From positions 403,691-467,690 of the forward strand of contig NW_003314270.1 of the NCBI RefSeq assembly GCF_000143415.4: a DNA stretch of 64,000 bases. Direction: 5' to 3'. The notes below the pieces were generated by a model. That model searched no databases, had not been told where the DNA came from, and saw nothing but the letters and a program-made list of their open reading frames with translations. How positions within the stretch are numbered: the stretch's first letter is position 1; each line of letters starts with the position of its first letter. A program made the position numbers and the translations under genes. Below, piece after piece: positions 38,901 to 49,536 of this stretch. Origin of the DNA: Selaginella moellendorffii (taxonomy: Eukaryota > Plantae > Lycopodiophyta).

Positions 38901-39778
38901 TTTTGTGGTGGTCAAGGCACTCAAGGAGTGGCGACATTACCTTGGGAGACACTTCAAGGTTTACACGGATAATGTGGCAATGAAACACTTCTTGTTAGAG
39001 CCCGACCTGAGAGGGAAACAGGGTCGGTGGGCCAATGCTTTGGCCGAGTTTGATTGCAAGATTCTATACAAGCCTGGGAAGAGCAACATCGTGGTGGATG
39101 CGCTAAGTCGAAAAGCGAGCTTGAAGTTGGCGATATCCAGCGTGATAGCAACCTTTTGGGATGATGTGTAGACAGCATATGAGAATGATGGTCTAGCACA
39201 AGAAGTGTTGTTGAGGAATCTCGAGGCATGTGAAGCTCACTAGAGAAGTGAGCTGCCAACGAAAGAGAAAACAGGCTATGTGAAACGTAATAGACTCCTC
39301 TATTACAAGCAAACGAGGGTGTATGTTCTAGAAGGGGAACTAAGGAAGGTAACCTTAGAAGAGTGTCATGACAGACCTTTTGCGGGACATGGTGGAGTGC
39401 CCAAGACAATGGGCTTACTCAAAAGGAAGTACCATTGGCCAAATGTGGCTAAGGACATCCAAGACTATGTAAAAACATGTCTAACATGTCAGTATGTCAA
39501 AGCCGTGACTAAGGCTAGTGGGGGCTTGTTACAAAGCATCCCAATTCTAGACCATTCGTGGAAATGTCTTACGATGGACTTCATCACGGGACTCCCCCCA
39601 AGTGAGGGGTTTGATGCGATATTCGTGGTAGTGGACCGATTTTCGAAGATGGCACATTTCATACCCACCACAACGGAAGTGGATGTGGAAGGTGTGGCAA
39701 AGCTATTCTTCGAATAAGTGGTTCAAGTGCGGGGAAGGCCAGAGGAGATCATCTCAGATCAAGTTAAGATCTTCACTA
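35971..39778 (+). pseudogene. Gypsy gag-pol polyprotein, disrupted
   Basis: Gag LKQTGTIQDY; zinc knuckle CYNCGETRHFSRECP; protease ILIDTG; [15 protein letters not shown]...YINDILIYS; RNaseH; integrase HDRPFAGH...CLTCQ...MDFITGLP. Stops and frameshifts; truncated at EIISDQVKIFT. Confidence 0.92.
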
Positions 39779-40220
39779 AAGCTCTATTTCGTTAAAGTGT
39801 GAATTGTCATTATCCCACTTGTAAAATAAGGTTTCCAAACCTTTATATAGTATATAAATATAACAAAATTCAACTGCATTGAGGCACATGCCATTTTATT
39901 TTAAACAAGGAAATGTCTACTCAATCACTTCTCCTCCCCCTGCCACTGCTTCACCTCTCTCTTCTCCTTGTCATCGTCGTCCAATTTCTTTCCATCCTTT
40001 TAATATTGGCTCAGTTGCTCCGAGTCTAGGTGGAGCCCAAGTCCCCATTCAATCTTTACTTTCCCATTATTAATAAAACAACTTCGTAGACTTCCAATAA
40101 CATGCTGTAACACTTCTAGTATAATGCAAATCCTCTCAAAGAATTGTCTTTTAATATTAATACAATGGCATGGAACCCCATGCCATAATAAGTTACATTT
40201 TTAAATAAATACATGCCATC

Positions 40221-43200
40221 TCAGACTGTTATTTTTTGCCTCCAACGCCTATACAATAATCTTGGAATTTCATCACTCTCCACACTATCAGGATTTAAAC
40301 CCAATAGTAATGCCATCTCTTCTCTAATACGTCCACGCTCATGTTCAGTGGTCGAAGAACCCATCCGGTTGAGCAGATTATGGAGATGCGGATAGTGCTT
40401 GACTAGACAATATACATGCCATAAATGATGACTGGTGTCTGTCCGATCAAATGGCTTCTGATATACCGTTCCATCTGCCATTTGGTTGATTTTTGCAGCC
40501 ACCTCCTGGACTGGCCGGTTCTCTATCACCATCGCTCCAAGCCGTTTTGCAAGGTCCCCCAGAACATACGGTTTCTTCTCCCTAGTTTCCATACTGCAAG
40601 AGATGGGGTGCACTGCATATGTGTGCGTGTTCGCTGCAGTTTTAATCGGCGAGTCATCGATGATGAGGATTTCACTTGAGCTAGCAGTCCGGTTCATCAC
40701 TACAGCCTCTGGCTTGACGAAGATGGGCTTGCTACCCCTCACATGGACCATAGTCAAGCAATCCTCCTGCGTTAGGAGAAAGTCAAATGGTAATATTACT
40801 CGCGTCTGATCGTGCATCATCTGTAGCAACGTTAATGCATTGTGGCGCATCATGGATGTCCAAACTCCCAATTGCAAATTGAACCCGGCCCTCTGTTTTA
40901 AGTGTCGCATGGTCATTATTAGATCCCGCAGTTTCTCCCGTGTGATTAATGTGAATCTGTCTCTTTTGACCAACTTGCGACCGCAGGCTTTGGAGGGTGC
41001 AATGACATTCGAGGACGAGCCACGCTCATGGGAGAAAAGGACACCGTTCAGATCAAAAACGATACAGTACCTTCGCCGTGACTCTGAAATGAAATGCGTC
41101 AACATAAAAAATGGTACAAGTCAATTTTACCATCTACAATATTAGCGAATGTTGCTCCCGATGGTCGTTGAGAGGGTTTTGGTCGAGGAAACGTGAAGGG
41201 CGGAAATACTCTCCTCTGCAATGTGGGGTCAATCGCATCCGATGGCGTGTGGGCACATGCCATTTCAGCTGTAGACTCTGGTACAACTGGCTCAACAGTG
41301 GCATGGGGTGGTTCCGATGGCGTGTGATCACACGCCATTTCAGCTGGTGCCTCCGTTGGCAAAGTGGACATGACCGAACAGGCAGCAGGGGCGGTGTAGG
41401 GAGGTTCCAACGGCGTGTAGTCAGACGATTGGGCACACGTTGGATCCGTTGGAAATGAGGATACGACCGGCTCGGCAGCTGGGGCGGCCTCATGCGGGTC
41501 CAATGGCGCCTGGTCACCGTCAGTTGGATACGTGGACAAGATTGACTCAGTGGTATGGGCAGCATCAAGTGGAGTGTGGTCAGCTTGTTTGGCGTTGATA
41601 TGGATAGTAGCCTCCACCAGCTCTGATGACTCTTGCAGGCAAGTAGAGTCCACTGGCGGATCCATATGCATGTCCAAATATCTCCCTTCGATTGAGATGG
41701 TATCCTCCCTACTGGCTACTAAAAACAAACTCATTAGCACATTGAATCGACTATACTGTATTTACCATCAACTGCTATTGAGGAACTAGGATCGATATCA
41801 CTTGGGCGCACTGCTGATTCTGAAGGATTGGACATACGTTTCGACCCTTGCTTGGCACTATCCTTCCTCGACACTAAAGGCTAGAGTTTGTAAATTCAAC
41901 TGAATAATCTCTACTTACCATTTGCTCTGCGACCTACATGGACAATGTTAGAAATGGTAAAAGGTTAGGAATGGATGTACTATTATTTACCTGATGGTTT
42001 GTCTTGTATGACCTTCCTCCGCTGCTCTTTGGCCACCTCAGGCTGGCCATCGTCGTCATCATCGTCGTCGTCGTTATTGTGATCATCACCATTGTGAGGA
42101 CCATCCATGTCCTCTTCGTCCTCCTCTTCTTTGTCCTCCTCTTCGTCCTTCTGCTCTTCCTGCTCATTATCTTTCTCTGGCTCCTCATCCCCCTCCTGCA
42201 TTTCTTCCATAGGCTGCTCAGGCTGGATGGCTTGTTCTTCCAGGACCATCTTGGGAAAATCATTTGGCCGAGTCTCCATCTCAAAATACAAGACATCCAT
42301 AGCCTGTTTTAGTGTGTGACCTAGGACCGTATCTTCACCCGACTGTCTTAACATGGTTTTTCCACGTTCTTGCACCCTTCGAAGACGACGAGATGAGAAA
42401 AACGTGGCCCTGACTTGAAAAGCATCCCTCATCCATTGTACCTCTCCATTGAGATTGGGGAAGGGGAGTCCGCCATAGGAATCTGAGTCAGGAGGTGGTG
42501 ACTGGCTGCTTTCACTCAGCCCTTGATCTGCAATGAATGGCATGAGCACACACGCCATAACCGCAAGGCATTGCCTATCATCTTTTCGTTGCCCTTCTTC
42601 CTTTTCGAATCAAACGCCTCTGATCCCGACGACTGTCCAACGTGCTTTCGCTTTTTATGACCACTGTCAGTTTGAGCTTGATCTGCAAGAAATGGCATGA
42701 GGACCCACGCAATAACCATGACGCTTTACTTCCCGTCCTTGGTGGCTCTGTCGTGCCTTCCGCATCCTCAGGTGCCTGCTCCTCAATTCCCTTTCGCTTT
42801 CGTTTCTTATGCGCCCGTTCTACAGAAATAGCATGAGGACATACGCGATAAGCATCACAAATGCTTTTACCCTTCCTCCTCTGCCCTGGTCGGTTGTCCA
42901 TCTCTTTGTCTACAGCGTCTGAAAGCTGTTTTGCAGGTAGCCTAATTCGAGGTTCACGACGTCTCCTTTGCACTTGAACTATATATTATTGCATCAACAC
43001 ATGCAACATCCCATAATATTTTTAAGTTACCTTTCATAAAGTTTTCCATTGGTTCAACTCGTTCCCCTGAAATACAAACTTAGATAAGTGCATGGGGCCA
43101 TATGTCATGATTGTACCTGTTTCGGAACTCTCCTTATCACTCTCCGAGGCCTCCCCCTCCTCCACTGGAGGCACGTTGTTCCGTTCGATTTCCTTGACGC

Positions 43201-46200
43201 GATCTGCAAGAACATTAGTTAATTGCATGGGGCCACATGCCATCAAACCTTCAGGTTCTTGTCGTGAGGTCTACGCTGCTTGCCCTAGTCTCTTTGGAAT
43301 TTGAGCTGCAAAAAGCAATGGCATGAGAATTCACGTATAACAAAAATGATTGGTACCTCTCGTCCGTTGTACTTGGCTGGTGCTTGCCTGTTTTGCCTTT
43401 GAAGAAGTGTCTCCTGCAAGGAATGGCATGAGACCACACGCCATTGCAAATATAATTTGTACCTCCTTTTTTCCTATTGCTTGTTTGTTTGTCCTTCTTT
43501 GATTCGCCACCAGTGCGCTTTTCAGTCCTCGTGTCTGAATATTCACAACGATCATGATGGCGTGAGGCCTCACGTGACCTTACCTTGTGCAGGTTGTGAG
43601 CTCGGCCCAACATGGGTATCTTTAACAGTAGCTGTTAACGCCGTTTCAGCATCTGGGGGTGGCCACGCTCCTTCATACAGAGCTTGTGAGATAACATTTA
43701 AACTTAAAGTGCGTACTCACCATGTTCGTAGAGAGGATACTGTTTTTCTTTGGCAACTGTAATTATATGCTCCATTGAAGTCACCTCTTCAATGGAGTTT
43801 GTCACCGCAACACAGGGGACACCCTTGAGTAGTGCGGCTCGAAAGAATGGTCCGCCACAGTTGTACTCGACAACGCATTTGCCCTTGGAGTCGGAAGTAG
43901 GTGACCCACCCGCTATTGCGTTGAAGACCCAACTGAGCATTTCCCATGCTGCATCTGGAGCTTTCTCTGGATTCGAAAGCTCCATAGCCGTCTTCAATTC
44001 CTCAGGCACAGGTAAATTGACCTCCCTCAGATCAATTCGATCGGCCTTGTCGAACAAAGCTGGGAAGTCACTCCAGTCCCACTCTGCTACAGGACCAATA
44101 ACAACGGCAAGTGTGAAGATGTGGACATTCGTCGGTATCTTCTTCTTAGCCATTATCCCATGGATCTCCTGCATCTCCTTGCCTTTCAAACGAGCCTTCA
44201 CCTCGTTCAAGGCCTTCTAGAACTTGTGATAGGATTTGGAGTCATAGATCATATAGTGGACTGAAGATTCCACCTCCGCAAGTCCCACCATTAAGTCAAT
44301 GATGGAGCTGACTTCGTCTGCATGAGTGATCTCCTCATTTGTGAAGTCCATCACACAAAAGATGTTCTTGACCTGCTCATCTCCACGGGAAACGATGCTC
44401 CTCCACCTTTGATCCTCATCCGAATTCACGTATACCCGGTAAGGTTCTCGATAGGCCTCTGCTGCAGGGTCGAGCTGTTTCTGAAGCCGGCGGTCGACAT
44501 CCCTCTTAATGAAATTTGGATACTGATCCAACTTCTCAGCTTTACTTTTCATGGCATCCCGCAGCAGATCGATGAACTTGGGGGCCCCCTTCATGTACTC
44601 GTCGATGTCTTCATTTGACAACTCCAGCTCTTCCATCATCTCTTGCGTGGTGTCGATGCTCACCCTCTCCACAGCCACTTGCTCGAAGATCCAATCCTTC
44701 AATAGCGCACGAGCTCTCAGAGTCGTGCACAAGTCCTCGTATGTCACAATATGGCCGGGAGTCATTTTGGTCTTGTTGAAGACTACCTCACCACGTAGAA
44801 GAGCATTAGCCACTGTCAGAAGGTCGTCGTCGTCTAGAGACCGCAAGAAACGCAAGGCGTTAAGCTTCAAATCATTGGGCTTCCGGCCGTCCTCCACACC
44901 CATTGAGTTTAGCAACTCCCCGTCATGGTACCTCCTCAGCACATCTACCCATTTGTCAAAAACAACTTTTGTCGCGAGTAGAATGTTATGGATGCTGAGT
45001 GTGTCATTGACCCCCAGTGTTTTCAAGAGAAGACTCGAGAATTCCTGCAATGGAAATGGCGTGAGGCCACATGCTATGCCACATGCAACGAGGCTTACCT
45101 GCCAAGCGCTAGTTGCTAGTGCACGTCCTTGTGCTGGTTTTTGTGGCTTCTTCAGTTGAACCCAAAGCTTCCGTGTTCGTGCCAATGTCTCATGCAGACC
45201 CGATTTGTAGCACGTTTCTTGCTTGACATTCTACGCGTGGGAGATGTATATGATAGATCGGAGGGGCGAGTTGCCTTTTATCAGGCGAACAACTCTTGTC
45301 TTGAAGACTTTCTTCACCTCCTCGCCTACCATAATATCCACAACTATCTCTTGCATCGCCAAGCTAGAATACTGCTCGGAGACGGCATAGAACCGGATGT
45401 TCTGATCGTCCAACACCTTCCTATTGATCAAGTCTGGAAACCTTGTCTCGCCCTTCATTGTTCGGTAGTAGGGGATCACGTCTGCGATGTCAGGTGTTAC
45501 TGGACTTGCCAGCATCTTCTGCTTCAGTTTCTCCACCCACTCATCAGATACTAGCCTATGGTTGTATTTGCTTTGGATGTCGATGTGGCTCACGTCGATT
45601 ATATATACTTTGTTGGAATAGTAACAAGTACTATTATATGCGACGATTTTTGCTGCCTCTTCTTGCTCTTTTTGCTCTTTGCGGCTCTTCTTTTTGGTGG
45701 GTGTAGTGTTCGAACCCGAGGCAATGGCATCACCGAGTAACTTCTTTTTTGGAGCAGGAGAGTCGGACGTCGGCTTGAGCTTGACCACCCTTTTCTGCTT
45801 CGGGGTAGTTTCCAGATCGACCCCCTTCCCCTTCACTTTGCGAACTAGAGTCACTCTCAACGGCTCAATGTTGGAATATAGTTTTTGAACATTGCCGTAG
45901 GTGAGGTCCGTGGATTCCATGTGATCTTCATAGACCCGCAGCGTCTTTGAAATTATGGGCCTCCTGGACAACCTCTCCCTAGCTCCCTCTAGGAATTCCT
46001 CATAGCCGCTGCCCCCCTCCGGGAAGCCGCTAGGATGTGCAAGGTGGATCTTGAAGGCGGATGCTATCTCTACCACAAGTGCCAGTCCATATTCTTGCAT
46101 GGAACTGCATGGAGTGTCTGTCACTTGGATGAGGATCCCCATGCATTCTTTTCTCCCACCATCTATGTTGTACAGCCTTAGATCCTTGTCTTCCATCCCG

Positions 46201-46298
46201 AAAGTCCAACTGGTGAGCTCCTCCCCCTTCTCTGCATCCACATTGACAGTGGCTGGAAGAAGAACGCAATTCCTCGCCTGTTCAGAAATGCACAACAA
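40221..46298 (-). pseudogene. Transposon accessory gene, at least 16 exons, ~1,770 aa: ParB-like, MTase-like fold, charged linker, FCP1/NIF-like phosphatase domain
   Basis: Removing 15 GT/GC-AG introns (45045-45098, 43671-43720, 43535-43583, 43414-43462, 43306-43356, 43204-43248, 43067-43116, 42979-43030, 42820-42870, 42683-42729, 42528-42574, 41934-41990, 41874-41918, 41716-41765, 41084-41130) joins the listed ORF pieces in one frame with three in-frame TAG stops (45231, 44217, about 43270). The true start probably lies further upstream, near 46520. Confidence 0.8.
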
Positions 46299-47172
46299 TT
46301 AGAGCTGACAGATGAAAAGCTAGCAGCTGGAAATAACGTGAGGCCACACACCATTCACCACTGCATCAGATGTCTTGAGGCTGCATCCTAAGATGGTGTG
46401 AGGCTACACGCCATCTGTAACCGGACTGCACTCGAGAGCCCAATCGGTGCATGCCAATGTTGCTACTGAATGGCATGTGGCCTCATGCCATTTTCTACTT
46501 GGCCTAAAAGACTTACCATTTGAAGCCGAATGGAGGCGTGACAATCGAGGCTGGACTCGCTGGCGAATGTGCACTGTGTGTGCAGCGGATCGTAGCAGCA
46601 AGGCTACTCTGCCACTTACAGTTGGAGAGTGGCGCTGAAATCTCCCTAGACGCCAAGTGGGCTGCGTGTGGGTGGCGGAGTGGGCGGCGGAGTTGGTGAC
46701 GAAGTTACAAACTGGGTGTGTCTTGAAGTGGACGCCGATGCACACGAGTGCGATGCGAGCGCGAGTGTGATGCAAGCGCGAGTGGACGCCGATGCACACG
46801 AGAAACCTGTAGAGAAGGTAGATAAGCGCGAATGTGAGCGTGATTGCGAGTGGGAGCGCGATGCGAGCGCGAGTACGAAGCAAAATGCAAAACCTAACCT
46901 CACACGCGCGAAATGTCACGACAGTTGGTAATCCCGCAACGTCATCATTCCTCGGACTTGGGTGCCACCATTAATTTCTGGATCGCCGCGCGCATGCATG
47001 CACGTGAAATCCAAAAGAAATCCGCAACGTCATCATTCCTCGGACTGCATGCACGTGAAATCCAAAAGAAAGATCATGATTGGGATATCATTTAATACCC
47101 TCGCTATATTTATACCATGCATGATTGGATATTCCAAAGCATCTTGTATTTCCAAAAATGCCATATGTTCAA

Positions 47173-48702
47173 AGAATGGTATACAATGTCCTTCTTGATG
47201 ACCCTGCAAAGAAGGATCTCGATCGGACACCACATGAGACCACACGAGCCTTACAATGTTTCAGGGGCATTTGCCATAGATCCGACCGTTATTTTGCTCC
47301 AAGATTCTACAATTTGGTGTGCATTGACCTTTCCATCGACACTACAAAGGGACATCACAATCAGATGCAGGATCACAAGAAACCAACTTCACTAACTCTG
47401 GTTTCACCAAGATCTACGTAAGGAGTTATGAAATGAAAGGACCCTCTCTATTGAAATGTGTTTATGGTCCTAGGGGCATTGTGACATATCAAAGGATTTT
47501 GCATCAAGTTCTGTATTTGCATGTTTATCAAGCTACTGAATTGCTAAACCCTAAACCCTCCCTAAATATGTGGCAAATGCTGCGTGAAAAAAGATGCCCT
47601 TTCTGGGCAAATGCTGTAAGAGGCAAATGCCGAGCAGTTACACGGCGAATAATCTTGGCGCGGATTGCTGACATGGCATGGCAAAGTTCGAATCACTGAC
47701 ATGGCACAGCTGGATCGAGGCAAGGACATGATGTGACAAAGTTCAACGTCCGACAGCAAAGTCTAGAAGCTACTCAGTTTGAAATTTGTCAGAGGAATTA
47801 TAAGATCTGGTTTGTCAGAGGATTTGATGTGACGTTCAAGCGTGTGGGCTCATGCAATTTTGATCCCAAAAGATGCACCAAAAAATGCTCGGCATCATCT
47901 GGCGTTGGCGTGGGGCCGCATGCCATTTTCAGGGGCACATAGGAGTATATTCCTAGAATATTCTAACATGCGCGAGATTTTTTTGAGTTTTCTGGAGATC
48001 CAACCCTTAGATCACAACTAGATTTTACAGAATGGTATACAATGTCCTTCTTGATGACCCTGCAAAGAAGCATCTCGATCGGACACCACATGAGACCACA
48101 CGAGCCTTACAATATTTCAGGGGCATCTGCCATAGATCCGACCGTTATTTTGCTCCAAGATTTTACAGTTTGGTGTGCATTGACCTTTTCATCGACACTG
48201 CAAAGGGACATCACAATCAGATGCAGGATCACAAGAAACCAACTTCACTAACTCTGGTTTCACCAAGATCTACGTAAGGAGTTATGAAATGAAAGGACCC
48301 TCTCTATTGAAATGTGTTTATGGTTCTAGGGGCATTGTGACATATCAAAGGATTTTGCATCAAGTTCTGTATTTGCATGTTTATCAAGCTACTGAATTGC
48401 TAAACCCTAAACCCTCCCTAAATATGTGGCAAATGCTGCGTGAAAAAAGATGCCCTTTCTGGGCAAATGCTGTAAGAGGCAAATGTCGAGTAGTTACACG
48501 GCGAATAATCTTGGCGCGGATTGCTGACATGGCATGGCAAAGTTCGAATCACTGACATGGCACAGCTGGATCGAGGCAAGGACATGATGTGACAAAGTTC
48601 AACGTCCGACAGCAAAGTCTAGAAGCTACTCAGTTTGAAATTTGTCAGAGGAATCATAAGATCTGGTTTGTCAGAGGATTTGATGTGACGTTCAAGCGTG
48701 TG
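47173..48702. repeat. 674-bp direct duplication (47173-47846 / 48029-48702) in the divergent intergenic region
   Basis: Near-identical sequence at an 856-bp offset; each copy contains TAAACCCTAAACCCT. Confidence 0.95.
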
Positions 48703-48941
48703 TTATTTTTGAATTCTCAAACTCATTCCTAGGTCTATCATTTTTGTGCGTCGTGTTCTTGGTTCCACTGAGCACAGTGAGCGCTGCTTGTGTAAGCGGC
48801 GTTGTGAGCTGTGGTTTATGCATCTACGAGCGGTTGTGGCATTGCGAGCACCATTGCGAGCGGCAGTTTATGCGAGTGGCAGTTTGTGCGAGCGGCGCTA
48901 CGAGCAGTTGCGGTGGTGCGAGCGGCGCTACGGTACCACTA

Positions 48942-49340
48942 ATGGTATGAGGGCTCATGCCATCTTGGGGCTTGCAAGTTCATCACTAGCATATTGCTAA
49001 TAGTTTCTTTACCTGCCTATAGCTGTGTGTTTATCAAGATGGTATGAGGGCTCATGCCATCTTGGGGCTTGCAAGTTCATCACTAGCATATTGCTAATAG
49101 TTTCTTTACCTGCCTATAGCTGTGTGTTTATCAAGATGGCATGAGGCCTCATTCCATCTTTGGCCCCTGCTAGCCTATTGCCATATTCTTTTTGCCTTGC
49201 TGCAACTGTATGGGTGACTAGTCACGCACACAAAAATATATACAGTTGCAGCAAGGCAAAAGGAATATAGCAACAGGCTAGCAGGGGCCAAAGATAGCGT
49301 GAGGCCTCATGCCATTAGTGGTACCACTAATGGCATGAGG
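48942..49340. repeat. 97-bp tandem pair, 76-bp-arm inverted repeat (49136-49211 / 49240-49315) and 36-bp perfect palindrome (49305-49340)
   Basis: Checked by reverse-complementing by eye. Confidence 0.9.
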
Positions 49341-49536
49341 GCTCATGCCAATTTTGTGAATGCGAAATTTCACGTGGGTGTCAATAGCATGTTTGAATAA
49401 TGGTATGTGGCCTCATGCTATTGAGGTTGTTTGGTATGTTATGATTTAGGCCATTCTCCAATCATTTTTTGTATGGTCTTAACTTCTTTTCTACACTTTC
49501 AGAATAGCCTCCGCAAGTGCAACGCATGTTCCCTCC

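Noticed and set aside
42528-43583. Regularly spaced palindromes resembling a CRISPR array
   Set aside because: The repeats are degenerate and sit in introns; the intervening sequences are in-frame exons.
43750-46302. Plus-strand ORFs of 80-200 aa (and minus-strand ORFs at 50068-51831)
   Set aside because: Antisense shadows of the accessory gene and the transposase.
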